64,000 nucleotides of DNA, taken from assembly GCA_965197905.1 (NCBI GenBank), contig CBDAOB010000004.1, positions 1,408,001 to 1,472,000 of the forward strand, read 5' to 3'. The number at the start of each line of letters is the position of its first letter. Within the stretch, counting starts at the first letter, position 1. Positions 48,065-58,670 of this stretch are shown here, one piece after another. The notes beneath the pieces are model-generated. The model was not told the DNA's origin, did not search any database, and saw nothing but the letters and a program-made list of their open reading frames with translations. The stretch comes from Candidatus Latescibacterota bacterium. Lineage in GTDB: Bacteria > Latescibacterota > UBA2968 > UBA8231. Made by a program: the position numbers and the translations under genes.

Positions 48065-50290
48065 TTACCCCGTGCCTCTGGCGAAGTTGGCGAACGAATG
48101 TGTGGTGCCGGTGCGACGGCCGACGTATTTGTCGAGCAGAAATTCGTATATGGACACGAAGTCTTCTCGCCCGTTGTCTCTATTGTAGAAGTAACAAAAC
48201 GGGTTGGGATTCAGTTCCAGTATGCTGAATCCGTCCTTGCCGTCGATGAAGTCGATCGCATAGAACCCCAGGTCGATCACCTCCGACACCCGGCGGGCCA
48301 ACTCTTCCATTGCACCTCGACGTTCTGGGTTCGTCACCTTGACGGCGCGCCCGCTGGTTTGATGCAGGGGGTTCAAACGGCCCGGGGAAAGGCCCTCCTC
48401 GCACTTCTTCTCGTACGCCAGCAGGAGTTCCCCCTGGCTGGCCACGACGCGGTATTCGGGGCCGTGCACAAACGATTGGATCAACAGGATGTTGTCCAGG
48501 TAACCGCTGTTCTCGAACAGCATCCGCATCCTTGCTCGCAGAGACCCTCCGTCGCTTTCGAGGAAAACACCCTGAGACACAGAGCTGCGGTAACGTTTCA
48601 CCAGCAGGGGATAGGAAAACCGAGATTCGATATCATCTACCGCCTGGTCAACTGACTGGTGGTTTTTGTAGCGGTTAAAACGATCGTCGGCAAACGGATT
48701 GAAGATTTGCTCTGTCTTCGGCGTCGGCAGGCCAGACCGGGTGAACAGCTCGAATTGATATCCCTTGTCCTCAGCGAGGCGAGCGCTGACGTAGTCATTG
48801 AACGGGTGTTTGTTGCGCAGAAAGTAGAGTGGTCGCTCGCGGGTCCTGACCATGAAGACGTTGTCGTTGTCGGATACGCGCTGGCATTCGAAACCGCTGC
48901 GCTGACTGGCCATGGCAATGCAAGTCAGGCTCTCCAACGGCACCTCTTCGCTGATGCCCTCGCGTTCCATAGGGAGATTGAAGAATTCCCGCGCCCGCGC
49001 GACCAGGTGCAACGAACCGGTCACACAGAGAAACTGCTCGGGGCCGAGGCCGTCGAGCGCTTGTCGCAACGCCTGCGTCCAGGTACCGACCTTTAGATGG
49101 TCCAACCCGGTCGGCACGGCCTCTTCCAGCGCGTCGACATCGTAGGCTTTGGGGTGATCCGACGAGGTGAGGATAACCTGGTTAGCCGACGGTTTCAGCG
49201 CCGCCAGGATGCCTGCCGGGTCGTGCCCATCGTTGACTCCCACGACGAAGGTCCAGCGCGACGAGAGTGTGCTCAGGTCAGCGACCAGAGCTTCGGCAGC
49301 GGCTGGATTGTGGGCTCCGTCCAGCAAAACGCAGGGCTTGTCGTGAGCTTTCTCGAAGCGCCCCGGCCACCGGTGGCCGGCTATCACCTGCCTAGCCCGC
49401 TCGTGGTCGAAACGATCGTCCATGAGCAACCGAACCGCGCTAACAGCCAGCGTGGCATTCTCGATGTAGTAGCGAGGACGCTGGAAACCTCCCGTCGACA
49501 CAGCGGTCGACGGCGCCACGTCGTTTGCGGGAAACGCCCGCGGGCGAAACTCCGCCTCCTTCTTGGCATCTGGCGGTCGGACGCAGGGATCGACACTCTG
49601 AGAAATCTGCAGATCCACCTTTTCGCGCTCACAGTAAGCGCGGAGAAAATCCAGTACAATCGGGTTTTGCACAGGAGTGGATACCAAGGTGTGGCCCGGC
49701 CGGGCAATGTTAACCTTGTCGGCCGCGATGCTCAAGAGATCCGCGCCCAGAACCTCTACGTGATCCAGAGCAACCGGCGTCAAGACAGCCAATTCGGAGT
49801 CCCACGCGTTGGTTGCGTCGAAACGCCCTCCGAGTCCCACCTCGAAAACGCCGTACTGCATCTCCGCTTTGCTGAAAAGGTGGGCTGCCAGTGCGGTCAC
49901 CGCTTCGAATTTGCTGAAGGAGCCGAATCCTTCGGTTTCGAATTCCCGGGTTTGATCGTAGAAGAAACTCGTGGCTTCCGCCCACCCGTCTCGGTCTACA
50001 AGAGAGCCTTGAATCTGAATTCGTTCGCGCACGGTGTGCAGATGTGGTTGGGTGTACAACCCGACAGTGCACCCTGAAGCCTTCAATATCGCCGCTACCA
50101 GGCTGGCCACTGTGCCTTTGCCGTTGGAACCGCCGACGATCACCGAACGAAAGCTTTGTTGCGGGTCCCCGAGACGCTTCAGCAATTGCCGCATGCGCGG
50201 CAGGTACCCGTTAAGCGGCCCCAACTGCGGACGGCCTGTCTCCCAGTCGGGCAGGGTGTCGAGGTAGCGTCTGCTGTGGAAGTAGTCCAC
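48065..50290 (-). CDS. folC: FolC-type folylpolyglutamate/dihydrofolate synthase fused to a C-terminal RimK-like ATP-grasp domain
   Basis: N-part: GSNGKG, PHL..VRERI, EVGLGGRFDATN, LDH..LG, WPGRFE, LDGAHNP. C-part: AEDK, YPLLVK, IQSFV.G.EYRV, ILELNPNP. GTG start at 50290. Confidence 0.85.
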   Translation of the reverse strand: MDYFHSRRYLDTLPDWETGRPQLGPLNGYLPRMRQLLKRLGDPQQSFRSVIVGGSNGKGTVASLVAAILKASGCTVGLYTQPHLHTVRERIQIQGSLVDRDGWAEATSFFYDQTREFETEGFGSFSKFEAVTALAAHLFSKAEMQYGVFEVGLGGRFDATNAWDSELAVLTPVALDHVEVLGADLLSIAADKVNIARPGHTLVSTPVQNPIVLDFLRAYCEREKVDLQISQSVDPCVRPPDAKKEAEFRPRAFPANDVAPSTAVSTGGFQRPRYYIENATLAVSAVRLLMDDRFDHERARQVIAGHRWPGRFEKAHDKPCVLLDGAHNPAAAEALVADLSTLSSRWTFVVGVNDGHDPAGILAALKPSANQVILTSSDHPKAYDVDALEEAVPTGLDHLKVGTWTQALRQALDGLGPEQFLCVTGSLHLVARAREFFNLPMEREGISEEVPLESLTCIAMASQRSGFECQRVSDNDNVFMVRTRERPLYFLRNKHPFNDYVSARLAEDKGYQFELFTRSGLPTPKTEQIFNPFADDRFNRYKNHQSVDQAVDDIESRFSYPLLVKRYRSSVSQGVFLESDGGSLRARMRMLFENSGYLDNILLIQSFVHGPEYRVVASQGELLLAYEKKCEEGLSPGRLNPLHQTSGRAVKVTNPERRGAMEELARRVSEVIDLGFYAIDFIDGKDGFSILELNPNPFCYFYNRDNGREDFVSIYEFLLDKYVGRRTGTTHSFANFARGTG

Positions 50291-50297
50291 TGGTGGC

Positions 50298-51350
50298 CTA
50301 GCCTCCCCGCGTGTGCATCTCGCGGTGGGGGTACTTCTGCAGCTGCTCAATCTGATAGAGCGCTCCCCGCTCGGAAGTGGAACGCCGCAACTCGGCCCCG
50401 CGGTCCTGGCGTTTGTTCCAGGCCTTGCGAATGAGGTCCGCCAAGCCGGCATCTGCCCCCTCCTTTCGCAGAACCTGGCGCAGGTCGATTCCGTCTTGCG
50501 CATAAAGACAGAGGTACCAGATACCGTCAGCGGTCAGACGACTGCGATCGCAGGCGCTACAGAAGGGTTCGGTCACGGAGGCAATGACCCCGAACCGTTG
50601 CCCGTTGGAAAGCTCAAATCGGCGGGCAGGTGCGTGACCCTGATTCCCCTGCGCGCGGACTGGTCCACATCGCTTCTGGATATGTTCGACGATCTCCGCA
50701 CTGCTCACCACCTGATCCGCGCTCCACCTTGTCGCTCCGCCCACGTCCATGTACTCTATAAACCGTATTTCTGCCCCGACCCGCTCCCCGAACTCCACCA
50801 GGTCAACCAGCTCGTCGTCGTTGAATCCACGCATCACAACCACATTTATCTTTAACCCCGTGAACCCCGCGGCCTTCACACCTTCGATCCCGTCGAGTAC
50901 CTTGGACAGGTCGGCACGCCGCGTGAGGTGAGCAAAACGGTCGGGACGCAACGAGTCGAGACTGACCGTTACCCGATCCAATCCGGCGTTGCGCAGGCGT
51001 TCCGCCCAGCGCGCCAACTGGGTTCCGTTGGTGGTAAGCGCGATTTCACGTATGGAAGGGATTTGTCGCAGGCGGCTCACCAGCTGGTCGAGGTCGGCGC
51101 GAAGCAGGGGTTCACCCCCGGTTATGCGCACGCGGCTAACACCCAACCCGGCGAAGGTTTCCGCAAGCGTTGATATCTCGTCAAAGCTGAGGATGTCGCT
51201 TGAAGGGAGCCAAGAATACTCGGGCTCCGGCATACAGTAGGAACAGCGCAGATCGCAACGGTCGATGACCGACACCCGCAAGCTGTGCAACGGACGACCC
51301 AGTTCGTCTAGCAATTGTTCCGAGGAGGGGGCCGACACTTCAGTCGTCAT
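50298..51350 (-). CDS. moaA: GTP 3',8-cyclase
   Basis: LRVSVIDRCDLRCSYCMP, ITGGEPLLR, FCSACDRSRLTADG..YLCL, C-terminal GG. Confidence 0.95.
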   Translation of the reverse strand: MTTEVSAPSSEQLLDELGRPLHSLRVSVIDRCDLRCSYCMPEPEYSWLPSSDILSFDEISTLAETFAGLGVSRVRITGGEPLLRADLDQLVSRLRQIPSIREIALTTNGTQLARWAERLRNAGLDRVTVSLDSLRPDRFAHLTRRADLSKVLDGIEGVKAAGFTGLKINVVVMRGFNDDELVDLVEFGERVGAEIRFIEYMDVGGATRWSADQVVSSAEIVEHIQKRCGPVRAQGNQGHAPARRFELSNGQRFGVIASVTEPFCSACDRSRLTADGIWYLCLYAQDGIDLRQVLRKEGADAGLADLIRKAWNKRQDRGAELRRSTSERGALYQIEQLQKYPHREMHTRGG

Positions 51351-51727
51351 GTAAGACACTTCTGCGCCGATTCGACGCCTCGGTAGAATGGTTCGGGATC
51401 GCGAGCGGTGGTTGAGCTGGGACGATCAGGAGAAACTCAGCGGTTGCACAAAACTCCCGATTCTGCGGTGATCAGGCGGGCAGTCGACTATAGTGAACGT
51501 GCCGTAAAGCCAGCATTAATATAGGGATTGGTCCAACCGGAGCAATCCTGGACCGTACTCCGATTCCTTGCAAGTGCCGTTAGCTGGATTCATATTAATA
51601 GGTTTGTCGCTGACCACCCAGCGACCGTTCGGTGGGACCTGTCGAGAAGTCGGCGATGGCGATGGACCTGTGTGTGACCCGACGGCGAGAATTATGAACG
51701 GCTCATGGCAAGATCAGGACTCACAGA

Positions 51728-52882
51728 ATGAAGGAGCTACGGCATATTCTCGAGACCGTCGGCCGGATCCGGACCGGCGAGCGATTGGCGATGGCTACCG
51801 TAGTGGAGACCACAGGCTCCTTCTATCGTGCCCCTGGAGTTCGTATGGTGGTAGACGCGCGCCAGCAAACCGCCGGCACCATGGGTGGGGGATGTCTTGA
51901 AGGCGATCTGTTGGAACATGCCCATGAGGTGCGCGAATCTGGCCGGTCCCAACTGCTGACCTACGATTCCACCTCGGACGACGATGTTCTGTGGGGTACC
52001 GGCCGGGGGTGTGCCGGGGTTACCAAGATATTGCTTGAAGCGTTGCCCCAGGCCGGAGGCGTTGAATTCATGGAGTTTCTCGGGTCATGCGTGACGTCCC
52101 GCACATCGGGGGTTCTGACCACAGCCTACGAATGGGAGGGTCGAGACGATGCGGCGGTGCCACGGCGATTGATCTTGAGAGAAAACGGTTCCATAGAGGA
52201 CGACTTCTGCGAAAGCGAGGTGCGGAAGGTTGTGGAGCGCGAAGCGAGGAGTGAATGGGAACATCTCGCTTCTCGGCAGGCGCCGTCGGCACGACCCTAT
52301 TCCCGCTCGTGTGACTACCCGGGTGGCCGCGTCCGTTTCCTGGTTGAGCCGGTGCAACCGCCGACGCGGCTGGTGGTTTTTGGCGCCGATTCCCACATCG
52401 CGCCCCTGGTGCGTTTCGCCGTTGAATTGGGATGGGACGTGGCTGTGGTGGACCACCGGCCATCGCGCGCCCGGCCGGAGCGGTTTCCCGAGGCGAGCAC
52501 CGTACTCCTTTCGACGGCCGATGAAACAGCCGACAAGGTCGCGCTGGACTGGCGATCGGTAGTGTTGGTCATGACCCATGACTATCTGAACGACCTCGCT
52601 CTTCTCCGGCATCTGGTAGGAGTAGACCTGGAGTACCTGGGCATTCTCGGACCTCGTGAACGCACCGGTCGCCTTATGAGCGACTTGAAACGGGAGGGAG
52701 TGGACCTCCGCAAAGAAGCGGCGCACCGGGTGTTCAGTCCGGCCGGTCTGGACATCGGTGCCGACACCTCCGAGGAGATCGGGCTCTCGATCATTGCCGA
52801 GATTCAGGCATTTCGTAGCGGACGCCAGGGCGGTTATCTGCGCGACCGCAGTGGCCCCATTCATGACCGCGAGCTGAACTGA
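51728..52882 (+). CDS. xdhC: XdhC/CoxI family molybdenum cofactor insertion protein
   Basis: GSFYRAPG, GGGCLE, GCAG, MTHDY..D, YLGILGP, PAGLDIGADTSEEI. Confidence 0.9.
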   Translation: MKELRHILETVGRIRTGERLAMATVVETTGSFYRAPGVRMVVDARQQTAGTMGGGCLEGDLLEHAHEVRESGRSQLLTYDSTSDDDVLWGTGRGCAGVTKILLEALPQAGGVEFMEFLGSCVTSRTSGVLTTAYEWEGRDDAAVPRRLILRENGSIEDDFCESEVRKVVEREARSEWEHLASRQAPSARPYSRSCDYPGGRVRFLVEPVQPPTRLVVFGADSHIAPLVRFAVELGWDVAVVDHRPSRARPERFPEASTVLLSTADETADKVALDWRSVVLVMTHDYLNDLALLRHLVGVDLEYLGILGPRERTGRLMSDLKREGVDLRKEAAHRVFSPAGLDIGADTSEEIGLSIIAEIQAFRSGRQGGYLRDRSGPIHDRELN

Positions 52883-53142
52883 TGGACGAGTTGACCTTCG
52901 ACATTCAGAATATCGCCGCCGGTCAGGGATCTGACCTCGCCATTACCGGGATGGTTATCGTATTTGTCGCCCTGACACTGATCAGCCTGTTCATCCGCTT
53001 GTTGCCGCGGGCCCTGGAACTGGTCGGCCGGTTGCTGCCTGCTATGGACGACCCGCATCAGGTTGTCTCGCCATCGGTGCCAGATGCTGCGGGCCGCATC
53101 GCAGCGATCGGTTTTGCCCTACACCAGGAAACGGTTTCGTGA
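52882..53142 (+). CDS. oadG: Na+-transporting decarboxylase gamma subunit
   Basis: TGMVIVFVALTLI TM segment followed by IAAI. Confidence 0.8.
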   Translation: MDELTFDIQNIAAGQGSDLAITGMVIVFVALTLISLFIRLLPRALELVGRLLPAMDDPHQVVSPSVPDAAGRIAAIGFALHQETVS

Positions 53143-54266
53143 ATATTCTCCTGGACTTTTTCGGAACAACCGGATTCGCCAACATGACCTGGGGCAATCT
53201 GTTGATGATCGCGATCGGCATTATTTTCGTCAGTCTCGCGATCGTCAAGGATTACGAACCGCTACTGCTGCTGCCCATCGGATTCGGCATGGTCGTGGGC
53301 AACATCAACTCGATCCCCAGCATGGCGTTGGGGGTCTACGACCAGGGCAGCGTTCTGAGCTATATCTACTTCGGTGTATCCCAGGGCATTTTCCCACCGT
53401 TGATCTTCCTCGGCATTGGCGCCATGACCGATTTTTCCACCATGCTCGCCAATCCGAAGCTCGTTCTTTTGGGCGCCGCCGCACAGATTGGCATTTTTCT
53501 AACGCTTATTGGAGCACTGTACCTCGGCTTCACCCCCGCCGAGTCCGGCGCCATCGGCATCATCGGCGGCGCAGATGGGCCTACGGCGATATTTCTGTCA
53601 GCTAAGCTGGCACCCCATCTGCTGGGTGCCATAGCGATAGCCGCCTATTCCTACATGGCGTTGGTGCCGGTGATTCAGCCCCCCATCATGAACCTGCTCA
53701 CAACCCGGCGGGAACGTCTGATCCGGATGCAAACGCCACGGCGGGCAACGCAGCGGGAGAAGATCATATTTCCGATCGTCGCATTCCTCATAGCGGCCCT
53801 GATCGCGCCGGGATCGATCGCACTTGTGGGCATGTTGTTTTTCGGAAATCTGTTGAAGGAGAGCGGAGTGACTGAGCGCCTCGCTGCTACCGCGCGCACC
53901 GCCATGGTCGACATCGTCACCATACTGCTTGGTTTTTCTGTCGGAGCCAGCACTCAGGCGCAGACCTTCCTGAAACCGCAATCCGTGCTCATCTTCGCCC
54001 TTGGCGCGTTGTCGTTTGCCATCGCCACGGCAGGTGGGGTCCTCTTCGCCAAATTCATGAACCTGTTCCTCAAGGAGAAGATTAACCCACTGGTTGGCGC
54101 CGCGGGAGTGTCCGCGGTGCCGGATTCCGCACGTGTGGTACAGATGGTTGGGCAGAAAGAGGACCCGCACAATTTTCTCCTCATGCATGCCATGGCACCC
54201 AACGTAGCCGGGGTGATCGGCTCGGCCATTGGTGCCGGGGTGTTATGGTCGGTTCTGGTGGATTAG
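53139..54266 (+). CDS. oadB: Na+-transporting decarboxylase beta subunit
   Basis: YEPLLLLPIGFG, GAMTDF, GIIGGADGPTAIF, AYSYMALVP, SAVP.SARV, HAMAPNVAGVIGSA. Confidence 0.95.
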   Translation: MNILLDFFGTTGFANMTWGNLLMIAIGIIFVSLAIVKDYEPLLLLPIGFGMVVGNINSIPSMALGVYDQGSVLSYIYFGVSQGIFPPLIFLGIGAMTDFSTMLANPKLVLLGAAAQIGIFLTLIGALYLGFTPAESGAIGIIGGADGPTAIFLSAKLAPHLLGAIAIAAYSYMALVPVIQPPIMNLLTTRRERLIRMQTPRRATQREKIIFPIVAFLIAALIAPGSIALVGMLFFGNLLKESGVTERLAATARTAMVDIVTILLGFSVGASTQAQTFLKPQSVLIFALGALSFAIATAGGVLFAKFMNLFLKEKINPLVGAAGVSAVPDSARVVQMVGQKEDPHNFLLMHAMAPNVAGVIGSAIGAGVLWSVLVD

Positions 54267-54289
54267 CGAGGTAGAAGAAAGAGATTGAC

Positions 54290-56161
54290 TTGAGCAAAAA
54301 AGTCAGATTTATGTGCACTGCCTTTCGGGACGGTCTCCAGTCCACCTATGGTGGCCGGGCGTTCCGAGAGGACTATCTACCGGCGGTCGAAGCGGCCCGG
54401 GACGCAGGCATCGATTATTTCGAGGCGGGCGGGGGCGCCCTGTTTCAATCGCCCATCTTCTACTGTCGCGAGAATTCGTTCGAAACTATGGATGCCTTTC
54501 GCGCCGCCGCCGGCCCCGACGCCGAGTTGCAGACCCTGGCGCGCGGCGTCAACGTGGTCTGTCTCGATTCCCAGCCCAGCGATGTGATCCGCATGCACGC
54601 ACAGCTGTTCAGGAAACATGGGGTCGACACGATTCGCAACTTCGATGCCCTCAACGACGTGGAGAACCTTATCTACAGCGGTCAGTGTATCGCCGATGCC
54701 GGGCTCAAGCACCAGGTGTGTGTCACGATGATGGAGTTGCCTCCAGGCTGCGAGGGGGCCCACGATCCAGAGTTCTACGTCGCCACCGTGAGCAAGATTC
54801 TCGATTCCGGGGTGCCGTTTCACTCCATCTGTTTCAAGGATGCCTCCGGGACCGCGGTGCCCCTCAAGGTGCACGAGACCATTCAACAGGTGCGGCGGAT
54901 GGTTCCGGGAGAAACCACGATCCACTTTCACACCCACGAGACCGCCGGCATAAGCATCGCCGCCAACATGGCCGCATTGGATGCGGGAGCGGACGTGATC
55001 GATCTGTCGATGGCTCCCTGTTCGGGAGGAACCTGTCAACCGGACATTGTTATCATGTGCCACGCATTGCGCGAAGCGGAGCACGAACTAGACGTGGATA
55101 TCGACAAGGTGCGGGAAGCTGAACAGGTGTTTCAAGACTGCATGAGTGAGTACCAACTTCCTCCGGAGGCACTCAAGGTAGACCCTCGCATTGTCTGGAG
55201 TCCCATGCCCGGCGGTGCGTTGACGGCAAATACTCAGATGTTGCGCGACAACGACATCCTCGATCGGTATTCGGACATGATCAAAGCGATGAGCGAGGTC
55301 GTGCAGCGGGGTGGGTACGGAACCTCGGTAACGCCGGTTTCTCAGTTCTATTTCCAGCAGGCGTTTAACAATGTGATGTTCGGTCCCTGGGAGCGAATCG
55401 CCGAAGGCTACGGCAAGATGGTACTTGGATACTTCGGCCAGACACCGGTGCCGGCAGACCCCGAGATAGTCAACCGCGCTGCCGCCGCGTTAGAACTGCG
55501 ACCCACGGATCGCTCACCGCGGGAGATGGATGACGAGGACCCGCAAAAAGGGATCGAGGCCGCGCGCGGGCAGCTGCGGTCGGCGAACATCCCGGATACC
55601 GACGAGAACATCTTTATCGCTGCAGCGTGCGGCGACAAGGGGATCGCGTTTCTCCGCGGTGAAGGCGAGCTGGGCGTTCGCAAAGGGGGCGCCGAACCGG
55701 TCGTCGTCGTTGCCCCGCCCACGACCGAACCGCCAGCAGCGGCGCCCGTAGCGGAGCAACCATCGAGCGAGCCCGTGGCAGAGAAACCAGAAGGACCAGC
55801 GGCGTACACCCTATCGGTGGACGGAAAAGAATATCGCCTAGTGGTGGATGGGAACACCGTTCAGGTTGATGACGAGGCGTTCGAGGTTCACCTGCGAAGC
55901 GCGGAAGCGACCGCCGTCACGCCGTCTCAGCCCGACCGGGCGCTCGAGGGTTCTCCAGTCAACGCACAGATGCCGGGCAAGGTTATTCGGCTCAATGTGG
56001 GTGTCGGTGACCGCGTCGAAGCGGGGCAGGCATTGATGATCGTGGAAGCGATGAAGATGGAGATGCCGATCAACGCTCCAGTCAGTGGCAAGGTGAGCCA
56101 CCTGGCCGTTCAAAGTGGCGACCAGGTCGCTACCGGTCAGCTGTTGGCTTCCATCAGCTGA
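54290..56161 (+). CDS. oadA: Oxaloacetate decarboxylase alpha / carboxyltransferase with a C-terminal biotinyl domain
   Basis: FRDGLQS, FDALND, FKD.SG, HTH, PGG, VTPVSQ, Pro/Ala linker, EAMKM. Confidence 0.85.
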   Translation: MSKKVRFMCTAFRDGLQSTYGGRAFREDYLPAVEAARDAGIDYFEAGGGALFQSPIFYCRENSFETMDAFRAAAGPDAELQTLARGVNVVCLDSQPSDVIRMHAQLFRKHGVDTIRNFDALNDVENLIYSGQCIADAGLKHQVCVTMMELPPGCEGAHDPEFYVATVSKILDSGVPFHSICFKDASGTAVPLKVHETIQQVRRMVPGETTIHFHTHETAGISIAANMAALDAGADVIDLSMAPCSGGTCQPDIVIMCHALREAEHELDVDIDKVREAEQVFQDCMSEYQLPPEALKVDPRIVWSPMPGGALTANTQMLRDNDILDRYSDMIKAMSEVVQRGGYGTSVTPVSQFYFQQAFNNVMFGPWERIAEGYGKMVLGYFGQTPVPADPEIVNRAAAALELRPTDRSPREMDDEDPQKGIEAARGQLRSANIPDTDENIFIAAACGDKGIAFLRGEGELGVRKGGAEPVVVVAPPTTEPPAAAPVAEQPSSEPVAEKPEGPAAYTLSVDGKEYRLVVDGNTVQVDDEAFEVHLRSAEATAVTPSQPDRALEGSPVNAQMPGKVIRLNVGVGDRVEAGQALMIVEAMKMEMPINAPVSGKVSHLAVQSGDQVATGQLLASIS

Positions 56162-56176
56162 CGGTACGCTTAAATC

Positions 56177-56977
56177 CTACCCCTGCTGACAACCTGCATT
56201 CAGATCACCCGACCAGATCTCGGTGAGTCTTCCGTCAGGTAAACGCAGGCAGAGCTGGCCGCGGTCGCCGAACCCTTCCATTACTCCGCGAATCGCAGAT
56301 CCTTCGTCTCGAATTTCGACCTTGCTATCAAGACCCTCGCAGCGACTACACCACGTGGACTTCAAGGTTGCAAATCCGCCCTGCCGCCACCGGCTGCACC
56401 AGTACTCTAGTTTGCTTAGCAGCGGTTGCAAGACCGATTCGACCGGGCGTTCCTCACCGGTCGCCAGCAGGATGGAGGTAACCGGCCGGTCTATGGAAGC
56501 CGCCATTTCCGCACCCATGTTTACATTGAGGCCGACCCCAAGGACCACAGGGAGGTCGAGGGTCTGCGTCTCCATATCGACTCGACTGGGGGGGGTGCCG
56601 GGGCTCTCACGGACGTTTCGCTTGGGCGGCAATTCAGCGAGAATTCCGCAGATCTTCCGCCCCCCCACCAGCACGTCGTTGGGCCATTTGGTGCGTCCCT
56701 CGAGTCCGATCTGCTCCAGGAGATCGGCTACCGCCAGCGCCGCGGCCATGGGCAGGCTGGTCAGGTGGCCGCTGTCAACGCAGCGGATAAGGCAGGAAAA
56801 GGCCAGATCCCGTCCGGCTGCGCTTACCCATTGCCGGTCGAAACGCCCACGACCGGCCGTTTGCTCACGCGCGGCGAGCACATACCCGTCCGGGGCGTGG
56901 CCCCGTCCGAACCGTTCGAGCACGGCCGCGTTGGTCGACGGCAGTCCAGCGCACCACTCCGGTTGCAAGAATTTCAC
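56177..56977 (-). CDS. birA: Biotin--protein ligase (no HTH domain)
   Basis: PSTN, EQTAGRGR..R.W.S, KWPNDV, KICGIL.E, GVGLNV. Confidence 0.92.
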   Translation of the reverse strand: MKFLQPEWCAGLPSTNAAVLERFGRGHAPDGYVLAAREQTAGRGRFDRQWVSAAGRDLAFSCLIRCVDSGHLTSLPMAAALAVADLLEQIGLEGRTKWPNDVLVGGRKICGILAELPPKRNVRESPGTPPSRVDMETQTLDLPVVLGVGLNVNMGAEMAASIDRPVTSILLATGEERPVESVLQPLLSKLEYWCSRWRQGGFATLKSTWCSRCEGLDSKVEIRDEGSAIRGVMEGFGDRGQLCLRLPDGRLTEIWSGDLNAGCQQG

Positions 56978-56984
56978 CGCAGAC

Positions 56985-58670
56985 TCAATCCCGAGTCATC
57001 TGACGGTATTTGATGCGATGCGGATTCGCCGCTTCCTCGCCCGGATTCTTGCGCTGTAGCTCCTCGTATTCGGAGTAGTTGCCCTCGAACCATTTGACCT
57101 GGCTATCCCCTTCGAACGCCAGGATATGAGTGGCGATGCGATCGAGGAACCAGCGATCGTGGCTGATGATGACGGCACATCCGGCGAAGTTTTCCAACGC
57201 CTCTTCCAGGGCCCGCATTGTGTTTACGTCCAAGTCGTTGGTGGGCTCGTCCAGGAGCAGAACGTTCGCTCCTTGCTTGAGCATCTTGGCCAGATGAACG
57301 CGGTTGCGCTCCCCCCCGGAGAGAGTCCCCACCTTCTTTTGCTGATCGCCGCCGGCGAAGTTGAAATGGCCTACGTACGCCCGCGAGTTGACCCGCCTGT
57401 CCCCCAGAGAAATCTCGTCTTCTCCACCGGAGATCTCTTCCCAGACCGATTTGTCGCCCACAAGGCTGTCGCGGCTCTGGTCGACATAGGCCAGCTCAAC
57501 CGTATCCCCAATCTTTAAGGTTCCGCTGTCCGGCTGTTCTTGCCCGGTAATGAGCCTGAAGAGGGTGGTTTTTCCCGCTCCGTTGGGACCGATCACACCG
57601 ACGATGCCGCCGGGCGGCAATAGGAACGACATGCCTTCGAAGATGATGCGATCCTCGTAGTTCTTGCCGAGCTTTTCCGCTTCAATCACCAGATCCCCGA
57701 GTCGAGGTCCTGGCGGAACGTAGATCTCCAGATCAGCGGCGCGCTTCTCCGCCTCTTGATTCAGCAAGTCTTCGTAGGCTCGTATGCGAGCCTTGCTCTT
57801 GGTCTGACGCGCCTTGGGAGCCATGCGAATCCAATCGAGCTCCCGCTCTAACGTATTCTGTCGTTCGCTTTCTGCTTTTTCCTCCTGCTTCAGCCGTGCC
57901 TGTTTCTGTTCCAGCCAGGAGGAGTAATTTCCCTTCCACGGGATGCCTTCGCCGCGATCCAGCTCCAGAATCCAGCCGGCCACGTTGTCCAGAAAATAGC
58001 GATCGTGGGTGACTGCGATGACCGTGCCCTGGTACTGCTGTAAGTGGCGCTCCAGCCAGGCTACCGACTCGGCATCAAGGTGGTTGGTTGGTTCGTCCAG
58101 CAGCAGAATGTCGGGTTTGCGCAGCAACAGCCGGCACAGAGCGACCCGTCTGCGTTCACCGCCGGAGATCACGTCTACCGTCGCATCCTCTGGAGGGCAG
58201 CGCAAGGCGTCCATCGCCATCTCCAGCCGGCTGTCCAGGTCCCAGGCGTTGAGGGCGTCCAGCTTCTCCTGCACCGCGGCCTGGCGCTCGATGAGGGCGT
58301 TCATTTCATCGTCTGACATGGGTTCGGAAAACCGGTTGTTGATCTGGTCGAACTCCTTGGCGAGATCCACCGTTTCCTGCACCCCTTCTTCGACGACCTC
58401 GCGGACCGTTCTCCCCGCCTCCAACTGCGGTTCCTGCTCCAGGAACCCGACGGTATACCCCGGCGCCAGCACGGTCTCACCTTCGAATTCGGAGTCGACG
58501 CCGGCCATGATGCGGAGCAGGGAGCTCTTTCCCGAACCGTTCAGACCCAGAACGCCGATCTTGGCGCCGTAGAAATAGGAAAGGTAGATCCCCTTGAGCA
58601 CCGGCTTTTTGTCGTGGTTCCGGCCGACGCCGATCATCGAATAGATCACCTTATCTGGGGCGTCACTCAT
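56985..58670 (-). CDS. ettA: Energy-dependent translational throttle ABC-F ATPase EttA
   Basis: [20 protein letters not shown], two ABC cassettes, [26 protein letters not shown]. Confidence 0.95.
   Translation of the reverse strand: MSDAPDKVIYSMIGVGRNHDKKPVLKGIYLSYFYGAKIGVLGLNGSGKSSLLRIMAGVDSEFEGETVLAPGYTVGFLEQEPQLEAGRTVREVVEEGVQETVDLAKEFDQINNRFSEPMSDDEMNALIERQAAVQEKLDALNAWDLDSRLEMAMDALRCPPEDATVDVISGGERRRVALCRLLLRKPDILLLDEPTNHLDAESVAWLERHLQQYQGTVIAVTHDRYFLDNVAGWILELDRGEGIPWKGNYSSWLEQKQARLKQEEKAESERQNTLERELDWIRMAPKARQTKSKARIRAYEDLLNQEAEKRAADLEIYVPPGPRLGDLVIEAEKLGKNYEDRIIFEGMSFLLPPGGIVGVIGPNGAGKTTLFRLITGQEQPDSGTLKIGDTVELAYVDQSRDSLVGDKSVWEEISGGEDEISLGDRRVNSRAYVGHFNFAGGDQQKKVGTLSGGERNRVHLAKMLKQGANVLLLDEPTNDLDVNTMRALEEALENFAGCAVIISHDRWFLDRIATHILAFEGDSQVKWFEGNYSEYEELQRKNPGEEAANPHRIKYRQMTRD

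Noticed and set aside
47991..48188. 65-aa plus-strand ORF after TAAGGAGG
   Set aside because: The SD-like sequences are 30 nt or more from the ATG and the ORF overlaps folC antisense; the motif is better explained as a minus-strand hairpin loop.
51360..51727. Moco riboswitch between moaA and xdhC
   Set aside because: I could not recognise the conserved Moco RNA elements on either strand; it looks like divergent promoters only.
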